Source: Acidimicrobiales bacterium (GTDB lineage: Bacteria > Actinomycetota > Acidimicrobiia > Acidimicrobiales > RAAP-2). From it: a DNA stretch of 34,918 nt. The stretch is from NCBI GenBank assembly GCA_036272355.1, contig DATAYX010000344.1, forward strand, positions 1 through 34,918, read 5' to 3'. Made by a program: the position numbers and the translations under genes. The notes beneath the pieces were generated by a model. It was given only the letters and a program-made list of their open reading frames with translations. It did not search any database and had not been told where the DNA came from. This document shows positions 7,947 through 16,492 of this stretch, in pieces (the first letter of the stretch is position 1; every line of letters begins with the position of its first letter).

Positions 7947-8813
7947 GTGAGCATGCCAATCGACATCGGGATCGTGGACACCATGATCGGCTTCCCGCAC
8001 GGGGATATGAAGCAGGTCTACAAGTTCATCACCCGTCAGACGAAGGACGCCGAGTCGAAAGAGAAGATGGCGTTCCCGGCCGAGTACATGTTCAAGCAGG
8101 TGCCCGAGCGAGAACTCGAAGGATCCGACGACCCCATCGGCATCACGCTGCGCGAAATGGACCGATGGGGGGTCGAGCGGGGGTTGATCGGCTGCAACGG
8201 CATCGGCGAGGAGGCGCTCACCAAGCACCCGGATCGCTTCATTGCCTCGTCGTCCGCCGACCCCAACGAGGGCATGAAGGGGATCGCGCGGCTCGTCAAG
8301 GAGTACGAGACCTACGGCGTGCGCGCCGTCGGGGTGTTCCCAGCGGGGACTTTCCCGCAGGTGCCGATCAACGACAAGAAGATGTATCCCCTCTACGCCA
8401 AGTGTGTGGAGCTGGGCATCCCGATCTTCGTGTGCGCCGGCGTCCCCGGACCGCGGCTGAAGGCGGCCTGCCAGCACGTCGAGCTGATCGACGAGGTGAT
8501 GTTCGACTTTCCAGACCTGGTCTTCGTGACGCGCCACGGCTGCGAGCCCTGGACCGAGCTCGCGGTCAAGCTGATGCTCAAGTGGCCGGGCCTGCACTAC
8601 TCGACCAGCGCGTTCGCGCCGAAGTACTACCCGAAGAACATCATCGATTTCGCCAACACGCGTGGGGCCGACAAGGTTATGTACGCCGGCTATTTCCCCA
8701 TGGGGCTCTCGATAGAACGGATCTTGACCGAAATGCCCAATGTCGGTTTCAAGGACGAGGTCTGGCCGAAGTTCCTCCGCGGCAACGCGCTCCGCGTCCT
8801 CGGTTTGGACTGA
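7947..8813 (+). CDS. amidohydrolase-2 (PF04909-type) family protein
   Basis: PIDIGIVDTMIGFP..., RFIASSSADPNEG, MYPLYAKCVELGIPIFVCAG, FVTRHGCEPW and VMYAGYFPMG. AGGAGG at 7932..7937 lies 9 nt upstream of GTG 7947; the in-frame ATG at 7953 is an alternative. The track start 7911 lacks an RBS. Confidence 0.8.
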   Translation: MSMPIDIGIVDTMIGFPHGDMKQVYKFITRQTKDAESKEKMAFPAEYMFKQVPERELEGSDDPIGITLREMDRWGVERGLIGCNGIGEEALTKHPDRFIASSSADPNEGMKGIARLVKEYETYGVRAVGVFPAGTFPQVPINDKKMYPLYAKCVELGIPIFVCAGVPGPRLKAACQHVELIDEVMFDFPDLVFVTRHGCEPWTELAVKLMLKWPGLHYSTSAFAPKYYPKNIIDFANTRGADKVMYAGYFPMGLSIERILTEMPNVGFKDEVWPKFLRGNALRVLGLD

Positions 8814-8830
8814 GCGACAGCCCGGCAGTC

Positions 8831-10018
8831 GTGGACTTCGACGACACAGCGGAAGAGGCAGCATTCCGCGCCGAGGCGCGTCACTGGCTGAACGCCCACG
8901 CGTCGTTGCGCCACGAGGGCGCGGCGGCGCGCTCGGGACTGCCGACCGACGAAGTATCACAGCGCTACCACGTCGAATCGTGCCGGCGCTGGCAGCGAAC
9001 CCTCTACGACGGCGGCTGGGCCGGCATCACTTGGCCGAAGGCTTTCGGGGGGCGGGGCGGCACGTCCGTGGAGCAGATGATCTTCTCCCAGGAGGAGGCG
9101 CGCTTCGAGGTGAGCGCCGGAGCCCTGTCGGTCGGTCTGGCCATGGTCGGGCCGACGCTGATGGCCTGGGGCACGGCCGCCCAGCAGGACGATCACCTCG
9201 CACGGATGCTGCAGGGCGACGCGCTTTGGTGCCAGCTCTTCAGCGAGCCGGGGGCCGGCTCCGACCTGCCTGCGCTCATCACCCGGGCCGAGCGGGACGG
9301 TGACGAGTACGTCGTGAACGGGCAGAAGGTGTGGACGTCCTTCGCTCAGTTCGCGGACTGGGGCATCCTGCTGGCGCGCACCGGCGCCCCCGGGTCGGGC
9401 CGCGAGGGCATCTCGTACTTCCTCGTGGACATGGCGACGCCCGGCATCGACGTGCGGCCGCTGCGCCAGGCGACGGGGGTCGCCCATTTCAACGAGGTGT
9501 TCCTGTCCGACGTCCGGTTGCCTGTCGCGAACAAGGTTGGTGCGGAGGGGGAGGGCTGGAAGGTGGCGCGCACGACCCTGGCCAGCGAGCGCATGTCCAT
9601 CGGGAGCGGCCGCGGTACCACGTTCGACGACGTCCGCTCCCTCGTCGATGGACTCGGCCGCGAGCTCGACGCGCTGGAGCGCCAGCAGGTGGCCCGGGCG
9701 TACATCAGCTTCGAGTTGCTGCGCTTCCTCGTCCTGCGGGTGCAGACGTCGGTCAGCCAGGGCAAGAGCCCTGGCGCCGAGGGATCCATCCTGAAGCTGG
9801 CGGTCTCCCAGCAGGGCGCGCTCCTCGGCGACCTCGGCATGGCGCTGCTCGGTCCCGCTGGCGCGGCGTCGGGCGGCACGACGGCGGACGCCGGCTTCTG
9901 GAGGGAGAAGTTCGTGGGCCAGTGGTCCTCGCGTATCGGCGGCGGCACCGATCAGATGCAGCGCAACCAGGTTGGCGAGCGGGTCCTCGGCTTGCCCCGG
10001 GAGCCGAGATCCTTCTAG
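8831..10018 (+). CDS. acyl-CoA dehydrogenase (FadE-like)
   Basis: This is the C-terminal 395 aa of track ORF 7913..10018. GTG 8831 gives (M)DFDDTAEEAAFRAEARHWL, a typical ACAD N-terminus. Further motifs: WAGITWPKAFGGRG, LFSEPGAGSDL, VVNGQKVWTSFAQFADW, and IGGGTDQMQRNQVGERVLGLP at the C-terminus. The portion 7913..8830 overlaps the amidohydrolase gene in another frame. Confidence 0.9.
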   Translation: MDFDDTAEEAAFRAEARHWLNAHASLRHEGAAARSGLPTDEVSQRYHVESCRRWQRTLYDGGWAGITWPKAFGGRGGTSVEQMIFSQEEARFEVSAGALSVGLAMVGPTLMAWGTAAQQDDHLARMLQGDALWCQLFSEPGAGSDLPALITRAERDGDEYVVNGQKVWTSFAQFADWGILLARTGAPGSGREGISYFLVDMATPGIDVRPLRQATGVAHFNEVFLSDVRLPVANKVGAEGEGWKVARTTLASERMSIGSGRGTTFDDVRSLVDGLGRELDALERQQVARAYISFELLRFLVLRVQTSVSQGKSPGAEGSILKLAVSQQGALLGDLGMALLGPAGAASGGTTADAGFWREKFVGQWSSRIGGGTDQMQRNQVGERVLGLPREPRSF

Positions 10019-10034
10019 ATACCGAAAGGACCAA

Positions 10035-10910
10035 ATGGCGCAGCAGCCTGAACAACCGGAGCGGATGCTCCCTGAGCCCCCGGTGAGCAACATGCAGAAG
10101 AGTCGTGACACCGAGCCGCTCGTCCTGGTCGAAACCGACGGCCCGGTCCTCGTTGTCACGCTGAACCGTCCCGAGAAGCGCAATGCGACCAACGCGGAGG
10201 TGCTGTGTCGGCTCTACGACGCGTGGGTCCGCCTTGACAGCGACCCCGCGCTCCGCGTGGGCATCTTGACCGGGCGGGGCTCGACGTTCTGCGCCGGCAT
10301 GGACCTCGCCGAGATCGGACGGCTCCGCGAGGGGGTCGCCGACAACGAGTGGATCGTGCGCCTCCGGGACGAGCCACAGGTGATCTTCGGGGCCTGGCTG
10401 AAGACCTTCAGGCCTTCCAAGCCCATCATCCTGGCTGCCGAGGGCTACGCCCGGGCGGGAGGCACGGAGATCCTCCAGGGCACCGACATCCGGGTCGCCG
10501 GCGAGAGCGCTGTCTTCGGCGTGACCGAGGTGCAGCGCGGGCTGTTCCCGATGGCCGGCTCAGCGGTCCGCCTCCGGCGCCAGGTCGGCTACGCGGTGGC
10601 GGCCGAGATGCTGCTCACCGGCGAGGACATCAGCGCCCTGCGGGCGCAGCAGCTCGGCTTGGTCAACCACGTCGTCCCCGACGGGCAGGCCCTCACACAC
10701 GCGCGCGCCATCGCGGCGCGCATCGCGGCGAACGGTCCCCTCGCCGTCGCCGCCATCCTCCGCACGCTGCGCGAGACCGAGTCTTTGCCGGAGGCCGAGG
10801 CCTTCGCGATCGAGAGCCGGCTGGGTATGGAGGTGATGGCGTCGAACGACGCCGCCGAGGGCCCGCGGGCGTTCCTGGAGAAACGAGAACCGCATTTCAC
10901 CGGGACCTGA
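10035..10910 (+). CDS. enoyl-CoA hydratase/isomerase (crotonase) family protein
   Basis: LVVTLNRPEKRNA, GRGSTFCAGMDL, and EGYARAGGTEILQGTDIRVA. ATG 10035 is preceded by GAAAGGA. Confidence 0.85.
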   Translation: MAQQPEQPERMLPEPPVSNMQKSRDTEPLVLVETDGPVLVVTLNRPEKRNATNAEVLCRLYDAWVRLDSDPALRVGILTGRGSTFCAGMDLAEIGRLREGVADNEWIVRLRDEPQVIFGAWLKTFRPSKPIILAAEGYARAGGTEILQGTDIRVAGESAVFGVTEVQRGLFPMAGSAVRLRRQVGYAVAAEMLLTGEDISALRAQQLGLVNHVVPDGQALTHARAIAARIAANGPLAVAAILRTLRETESLPEAEAFAIESRLGMEVMASNDAAEGPRAFLEKREPHFTGT

Positions 10911-10935
10911 CGGGACGACCCTGGGGGAAAGGGCG

Positions 10936-11370
10936 TCAGGTGATCGGGTGGAAGTAGGGGAGAGCCAGTTCGTCGGAGCCCGGGTGGAACTCGACCCCGA
11001 GGGCGAGCCCCTCGCGTAGCTCGTCGGGCGCGCAACCGACAACCGCGCTGAGGAACCACCACCCCTCGTCGAGCGCCACGACGGCGGGGGCGTAGGGCAC
11101 CACGAAGCCCGGGTGGGGCGGGCGCCAGACCACCGTCCAGCTGTACAGCGCTCCCCGGCCGGCGCTCTGCTCCCAGGCCAGAGCGGTCGCGGTGCAGTGC
11201 GGGCACACGGCGAACGCCCGAAGGGCGCGAGCTCCGCACGCGGAGCAGAGCGGCAGCACCAGCCGGCCCTGGCGAGCGCCGCTCCAGAACGGCTCGGAAC
11301 GCTCCGACGGTCGGGGCATGGGGAACCCCGGGGGAGGCGGGGAGAGCACACCGGCATCCACGCTGCTCAC
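10936..11370 (-). CDS. DUF35 Zn-ribbon/OB-fold protein (thiolase-associated)
   Basis: Intact zinc ribbon (LPLCSACGARALRAFAVCPHC) followed by the OB-fold GALYSWTVVWRPPHPGFVVPYAPAVVALDEGWWF. GTG 11370 overlaps the TGA of the upstream thiolase-like gene (GTGA at 11367..11370). An internal ATG (MPRPSERSEPFW) is an alternative start. Confidence 0.8.
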   Translation of the reverse strand: MSSVDAGVLSPPPPGFPMPRPSERSEPFWSGARQGRLVLPLCSACGARALRAFAVCPHCTATALAWEQSAGRGALYSWTVVWRPPHPGFVVPYAPAVVALDEGWWFLSAVVGCAPDELREGLALGVEFHPGSDELALPYFHPIT

Positions 11371-12524
11371 GGTCGCTCCTTGCCGAGGAGCAGCACGTCG
11401 GTGAAGAGTGCACCCGAGCCGCCGTTCGAGCACAACGCGACCGCCGCATCCTCGACCTGCATGCTTGGACACTCGCCGCGCAGCTGCCGCACGCCACGCG
11501 TCACGCGCTGGAATTGCTGTGCCGCCACTCCCGGGTGGCTATAGGACATGGTGCCGCCGTCGGTCGTTACGGGCAACACGCCGCGGGGGCCTATGGCGCC
11601 CGACTCGACCATGGGCCCACCCTCACCGGGTTCGCAGAAGCCGTACGCCTCGAGCTGCCGAATGATCTCGAAGGAGAACGGGTCGTAGAACTCCGCCACG
11701 TCAACGTCGCCCGGACCGAGCCCGGCCATGGCGAAGGAGGCCCGGGCTGCTCCGGCGCCCACCCAGCCCGCGGCCCCGGCACCGGGACGCGGAGTGAAGT
11801 CCCAAACGGGTGCCACGGTGTACGCGGGCCCGTAGCTGTCGCTCCCGCAGCCGAGTATCCAGACCGCCCGCGGGTCGCGAAGCGCTATGTCGGCCCGGGC
11901 CAACACGAGCGCGCAGCCACCCTCCGAGACGGTGGCGCAGTCGAGGAGGTGGAAAGGCTCCGCCACCAGAGGCGACGCCAAGATGTCCTCCGGCCCGAAC
12001 GGTCCACGCCCGTGATAGACGGCCTCGGGGTTGTGGTGGCCGTTGGTGCGGATCACGGCGGCGGCGGTGGCCAGCTGACGCTCCGTCGTGCCGTAGACGA
12101 CCATGTGGCGGCGGGCCATCAGGGCGAACTCGGCCGCGGTGAAGAGGCCGAACCCCGCGACCAGCTCGTTGGCCGGCGCGGTCCACGGTGCCGCCGAGCC
12201 GTGGCTGACCAGCCCGGCACCACCGGCCAGGACCAGGACGACGCGGCACTGGTCCGTCGCGATGAGCGCGGCGGCATCGACGATGGTGGGGATGCCGAGG
12301 CCACTGGGCCGGCGTACGCACGGCCCGAGCCCGAGCTCGAGCACGGCGTCCGCTGCCGCCTGCCCCACCACGCCATCGACGTCCGCGGCCTGGATTCCCG
12401 CGTCAGCGATGGCCCCGAGTGCCGCCTCGAGAGCGATAGAGGACGAGTCGTACCCAGGGAGGCGGCGCGCCTGACGCGTGTTGAAGACTCCGACAATTGC
12501 CACGTCGCGGAACGGATGCGTCAT
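11367..12524 (-). CDS. thiolase-superfamily protein lacking the catalytic Cys (Ltp2-like candidate aldolase/lyase)
   Basis: It has thiolase-fold landmarks (DVAIVGVF..., VEFYDPFSFE in place of HDCF, TDGGTMSYSHPG in place of GG..GHP). There is no Cys at the nucleophile position: SGLGIPTIVDAA aligns by eye with ENFCASGSEAL of gene 4545. Confidence 0.8.
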   Translation of the reverse strand: MTHPFRDVAIVGVFNTRQARRLPGYDSSSIALEAALGAIADAGIQAADVDGVVGQAAADAVLELGLGPCVRRPSGLGIPTIVDAAALIATDQCRVVLVLAGGAGLVSHGSAAPWTAPANELVAGFGLFTAAEFALMARRHMVVYGTTERQLATAAAVIRTNGHHNPEAVYHGRGPFGPEDILASPLVAEPFHLLDCATVSEGGCALVLARADIALRDPRAVWILGCGSDSYGPAYTVAPVWDFTPRPGAGAAGWVGAGAARASFAMAGLGPGDVDVAEFYDPFSFEIIRQLEAYGFCEPGEGGPMVESGAIGPRGVLPVTTDGGTMSYSHPGVAAQQFQRVTRGVRQLRGECPSMQVEDAAVALCSNGGSGALFTDVLLLGKERP

Positions 12525-12701
12525 GGCGGCAAGGTTGTCATGCGACCGCCGGTCACCGAGGGCTGGGCGGCCACATCAGCCATGTTTGGATACGGTATCT
12601 GATTCCGGGATCGTCCCGCCGGCGTCTGTGACACCGCTCGAAGGCTGCGCGGGGTGGATTCGGCCGACGAGCGAGAGCGCGAGGAAGCGAGGAGCGGCAC
12701 A

Positions 12702-13484
12702 GTGGCCGGAACAGTACGGCTGGAGCTCGATGGTGCGATCGCCACGATCACCAACGACAACCCCGAGAAGCACAATGCCTTCGACGACGACATGGACGCG
12801 CAGCTCTTCGACGTCCTGGCCGAGTTGCGCACGAGGGCGGAGGTCCGCGCGGTGATTTGGCGCGGCGAAGGTAAGTCGTTCTCCTCGGGCCGCGATGTCG
12901 GCGCCATCAGTGGTGGTGCCACCGCGGGGATGACCCATCACGAGCTCATGCGACGCGGGCATCGCGGCATCCGGACCATCTTCGAGCTCGACGCACCGAT
13001 CGTGGTCGCCCTCCAGGGTTGGGCGATGGGCGGCTCCTTCCAGCGAGCCCTGCTGTGCGACATCCGGGTGGCCGCCGAAGGTGCGAGGTTCAGACTGCCC
13101 GAGGTCGGGCACGGCGTCATCCCCGACACCGGCGGCGTCGCCCGTCTCTTCCAGATGTGTGGGCACGGCGTTGCGGCCGACATGGTGCTGACAGGCAGGG
13201 TGATGGGGGCGGACGAGGCGCTCGGGCACGGCATCGTCTCCCGCGTTGTCCCGTCCGAACACTTGGACGACGAGGTACGCGCCATCGCCGCGAAGATCGC
13301 GGAGGCCCCGGCCGTCACGGTGCGCGCAGCGCGCCGGATCCTCGGCCATCTGGCCGTGCCTGAGGTGATCGCGTCCATGGACGAGGAGATGATCGCCCAG
13401 ACCTTCGTCAGACGTTCCGACGACATGGTGGAGTTGCAGGCCGCCCGCGCTGAGGACCGCCCCCCCGAATACAAAGGGAGTTGA
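12702..13484 (+). CDS. enoyl-CoA hydratase/isomerase (crotonase) family protein
   Basis: VRLELDGAIATITNDNPEKHNAF, GEGKSFSSGRDV, and LQGWAMGGSFQRALLCDIRVA. GTG 12702 has GAGGAG 8 nt upstream. The track start GTG 12654 is possible but lacks an obvious RBS. Confidence 0.8.
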   Translation: MAGTVRLELDGAIATITNDNPEKHNAFDDDMDAQLFDVLAELRTRAEVRAVIWRGEGKSFSSGRDVGAISGGATAGMTHHELMRRGHRGIRTIFELDAPIVVALQGWAMGGSFQRALLCDIRVAAEGARFRLPEVGHGVIPDTGGVARLFQMCGHGVAADMVLTGRVMGADEALGHGIVSRVVPSEHLDDEVRAIAAKIAEAPAVTVRAARRILGHLAVPEVIASMDEEMIAQTFVRRSDDMVELQAARAEDRPPEYKGS

Positions 13485-13485
13485 C

Positions 13486-14373
13486 GTGCCCGGACTGCCC
13501 GAACCCCCGCCCCCTGGGGCGACCGCACTGCCGCCCGGTACGTTCGACGGCGTTCCCGTTCTCGTCACAGGCGCCGGGACCGGGCTCGGCAAGGCCATCG
13601 CCGTGGAGTTCGCTCGTCTGGGCGCGGCGGTGATCGTCGCGAGCCGCAACGCTGAGCACCTCGATGCCGGCGCCGCCGCGGTTGCCGAAGTGGGAGGCAA
13701 AGCTCTGGCGCTCGCGTGCGACATCCGCGAGCCCGAGCAGATCGCCGCTGTCTTCGACGCGGCAGAGACCGCGTTCGGTCTCCCCGGCGTGCTGGTCAAC
13801 AACGCGGCGGCGAACTTCCCCGTGCCAGCGGAGGACATGTCGACCAATGCTTGGCGGACGGTGGTCGACATCACCCTCAACGGGACGTTCTTCTGCTCGC
13901 GGGAGTTTGCGCGTCGACACATCGCTGCCGGCACACCCGGCTCGATCATCGACGTCGGCGCGTCGTACGCCTGGACGGGCGGCCCGGGCTTCGCGCACTC
14001 CGCCGCGGCCAAGGCGGGGGTGAAGAACATGGTCGAGACCCTCGCCGTCGAATGGGGACCTTATGGGATCGCGGTCAACGGACTCGTGCCCGGGCTCTTC
14101 CCCCACGAGGACATGACGGCGGACATTCAAGGCAACCTCGACCGCACGAGCGACAAGGATGTCTGCCAGCCGGCGCTGCGTGTGGGCCGGCTGCGCGAGC
14201 TCGGATGGGCGGCCACCTTTCTTGCGTCGCCCTACGCACGGTTTGTCTCAGGTCACATGTTCGTTGTGGACGGCGCCAACTGGCAGCGCCGCACGCTGAC
14301 GAACCCCCCGGTGGTCACGGTGCGCGACCAGATGGGTCGTCCACCGTTCGATCCCGAAGCCCGCACCCGCTGA
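13486..14373 (+). CDS. SDR-family oxidoreductase, 2,4-dienoyl-CoA reductase (DECR)-like
   Basis: GTG start 1 nt after the preceding TGA, with AAGGGAG upstream. VLVTGAGTGLGKAIA, VLVNNAAANFPVPAEDMSTNAWRTVVDITLNGTF and HSAAAKAGVKNM closely track the mitochondrial DECR motifs NNAAGNF / NAWKT..DIVLNGT / SAKAGV. Confidence 0.8.
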   Translation: MPGLPEPPPPGATALPPGTFDGVPVLVTGAGTGLGKAIAVEFARLGAAVIVASRNAEHLDAGAAAVAEVGGKALALACDIREPEQIAAVFDAAETAFGLPGVLVNNAAANFPVPAEDMSTNAWRTVVDITLNGTFFCSREFARRHIAAGTPGSIIDVGASYAWTGGPGFAHSAAAKAGVKNMVETLAVEWGPYGIAVNGLVPGLFPHEDMTADIQGNLDRTSDKDVCQPALRVGRLRELGWAATFLASPYARFVSGHMFVVDGANWQRRTLTNPPVVTVRDQMGRPPFDPEARTR

Positions 14374-14426
14374 GCGAGGTCCGGGGAGATTGTGTGCACG
14401 CTGAGCGGACCGAGGAGGACGGACGG

Positions 14427-16076
14427 ATGAGGTCGATGGCCGACGCGTGGGCAGCCCGGGCGACCGACGACACCCCCGGCCTGCGCTACGAGGACTCCGA
14501 GTGGTCCTGGGGCGCTGTAGTCGCGGAGGCATCCCGGCGCGCTGGATGGTGGTCCGGCCGCCGCGCCCCCGGACCACCGCACGTCGGTGTCCTCTTGGAC
14601 AACGTGCCGGAGCACGTCTTCTGGCTGGGCGCGTGTGCGCTTTCCGGCGCGGTCTACGTGGGGGCCAACCCCACTCACCCCGGGCCCGCCCTGGCCGAGG
14701 AATTGGCTTTCACCCGTTGTCAGCTTCTGGTGACCGATCGCGCCCACCTCGAGATCGTCGAAGGGCAAGACCTCGGGCCGGCCATCGGCGTCGCCACCAC
14801 GGACAACCCGCGGATCTGTCTCGTTGATGGCGACCCGGCCTATCCGGCGGCCGCCGACGCCGCCGACGCCGCCGACGCCCCCGACGTCGACGCCGCGGAG
14901 GACGTGGCGTTGGGCTACCTCATCTTCACCTCGGGGACCTCAGGCTCTCCCAAGGCTTGCCGGTGCACCCAGGGCCGGATGGTCGTCATCGGTGCCGTGC
15001 TGGCCCAGCGTTACGGGCTCGATTCGGACAGCTGCTGCTACCTGTCCATGCCCCTCTTCCATTCCAACTGCCTCATGTCGGGGTGGGCGCCCGCCGTGGT
15101 CGGGGGGGCCACGATCGCTCTTCCCACCGGTGGACGCTTTTCCGCCTCGGGGTTCCTGCCCGACGTGCGCCGCCACCGCGTGACCTACTGGAATTACGTC
15201 GGGCGCCCGCTCTCGTACGTCCTGGCCACGCCCGAGCGGCCCGACGACGCCGAGAGCACGCTGCGCGACGTGTTCGGGAACGAAGCGGCACCCGGGGACG
15301 TGGACCGCTTCGCCCGGCGGTTCGGGTGTGCCATTTCGGAGAACTACGGATCGACCGAGGGCGGGATCTCGATTTCGCGCAGCCCGGACACGCCGGCCGG
15401 CGCGCTCGGTCCCGCCCCACCGGGCATCTTGGTCGTCGACCCCGACGGCAAAGAGTGCGCAGCGGCGCGGTTCGACGACGGCGGCCGGTTGCTCAACGCG
15501 CTTGAGGCGGTCGGCGAGATCGTGTCGGACTCGATTCCGCCCAATTTCGAGGGTTACTGGGACAACGAGGAGGCGGACCGGTCCCGGGTCCGCGACGGGT
15601 GGTACTGGTCAGGTGACCTCGCCTACAAGGACGACCAGGGTTACCTCTACTTCGCCGGCCGCGGCGACGACTGGTTGCGCGTGGACGGCGAGAACTTCTC
15701 GGCTGCACCGGTGGTGCGCATCCTCGACCGCCATCCCGACGTCGTCGTCTCCGCCGTCTACGCGGTGCCGGACCCGACCGTCGGTGACCAGGTGATGGCC
15801 GCGCTGCAGCTGGTCCCGGGCGCGCCCTTCGACGGAGACGCCTTCGGAGCATTCCTCTCTGAGCAAGCGGACCTCGGTCGCAAGTGGGTGCCGCGCTTTG
15901 TGCGCGTGTCGCCGGCACTTCCGACCACCGCGACATCCAAGATCCTCGTACGGCAGCTCCGCATGGAGGGCCTGGATTGCGACGATCCCGTGTACGAGCT
16001 TCGCGGGGAGGGATCGCTGGCCTATGTCCCGCGGCCCGAACCGCAGGTGACGGCCGACAGGGAGCAGCGCAGCTAG
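14427..16076 (+). CDS. acyl-CoA synthetase / AMP-dependent ligase (FadD-like)
   Basis: In-frame ATG 14427 inside track ORF 13716..16076, with GAGGAGGA 7 nt upstream. AMP-binding motif YLIFTSGTSGSPK, then YGSTEGG, WYWSGDLAYKDDQGYLYFAGRGDDWLRVDGENF and TATSKILVRQL. Confidence 0.85.
   Translation: MRSMADAWAARATDDTPGLRYEDSEWSWGAVVAEASRRAGWWSGRRAPGPPHVGVLLDNVPEHVFWLGACALSGAVYVGANPTHPGPALAEELAFTRCQLLVTDRAHLEIVEGQDLGPAIGVATTDNPRICLVDGDPAYPAAADAADAADAPDVDAAEDVALGYLIFTSGTSGSPKACRCTQGRMVVIGAVLAQRYGLDSDSCCYLSMPLFHSNCLMSGWAPAVVGGATIALPTGGRFSASGFLPDVRRHRVTYWNYVGRPLSYVLATPERPDDAESTLRDVFGNEAAPGDVDRFARRFGCAISENYGSTEGGISISRSPDTPAGALGPAPPGILVVDPDGKECAAARFDDGGRLLNALEAVGEIVSDSIPPNFEGYWDNEEADRSRVRDGWYWSGDLAYKDDQGYLYFAGRGDDWLRVDGENFSAAPVVRILDRHPDVVVSAVYAVPDPTVGDQVMAALQLVPGAPFDGDAFGAFLSEQADLGRKWVPRFVRVSPALPTTATSKILVRQLRMEGLDCDDPVYELRGEGSLAYVPRPEPQVTADREQRS
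14850..14885 (+). repeat. in-frame 9-bp tandem repeat (GCCGCCGAC x3 plus GCCCCCGAC) inside the acyl-CoA ligase gene
   Basis: Read directly from the sequence. It encodes AAD-AAD-AAD-APD just upstream of the AMP-binding P-loop. Confidence 0.9.
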
Positions 16077-16450
16077 CCCTGATACTCCTCGTCGGTCACG
16101 TGGTCACCCCAATCGGCCTGACCTTCGCTCACGGCGAGATGCGTCATCAGGTGATCGGGAGCGGCCCCGTGCCAGTGCCATTCGCCACCGGGAGCGAACA
16201 CCGTGTCGCCCGCTCGCAGGACGACGACGGATTCGCCACGGGCTTGGATTCGACCCTCGCCCTCAGTGACGAACAGGCTTTGACCGGCCGAGTGGCTGTG
16301 CCACGCCGTGCGGCCTCCCGGGGTGAAGTGCACGTGCGCCACGGAAGCCGTCGAAGCGCCGTGGGTCTGCGCCAGAACGTCGATGAAGACGTCGCCGGTG
16401 AACCAGTCCGCCGGACCCTTGACTGTTGCGCCCTTTCGGCCGAGTTCCAC
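16073..16450 (-). CDS. cupin-domain protein
   Basis: Cupin motifs HFTPGGRTAWHSHSAGQSLFVTEGEG and GDTVFAPGGEWHWHGA. GTG start with GAGGAGGA 6 nt upstream. Its stop shares the tetranucleotide CTAG (16073..16076) with the stop of the convergent ligase gene. Confidence 0.8.
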   Translation of the reverse strand: MELGRKGATVKGPADWFTGDVFIDVLAQTHGASTASVAHVHFTPGGRTAWHSHSAGQSLFVTEGEGRIQARGESVVVLRAGDTVFAPGGEWHWHGAAPDHLMTHLAVSEGQADWGDHVTDEEYQG

Positions 16451-16492
16451 GGATCGTCCTCCTCGTGCTCCACACCATCAAACCATCTTCCA

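Noticed and set aside
7913-8830. N-terminal extensions of track ORFs that fuse into real genes: 7913..8830 before the ACAD, 13716..14426 before the acyl-CoA ligase, 17606..17926 before CoA-transferase 2, and 9972..10034 before the crotonase
   Set aside because: The extensions overlap the preceding, well-supported genes in another frame and translate to Arg-rich nonsense. Internal GTG/ATG starts with good Shine-Dalgarno sequences give canonical N-termini.
14850-14885. The short direct repeats considered as a possible CRISPR or minisatellite element
   Set aside because: The units are only 9 bp, contiguous with no spacers, in frame inside a coding region. This is not a CRISPR array.
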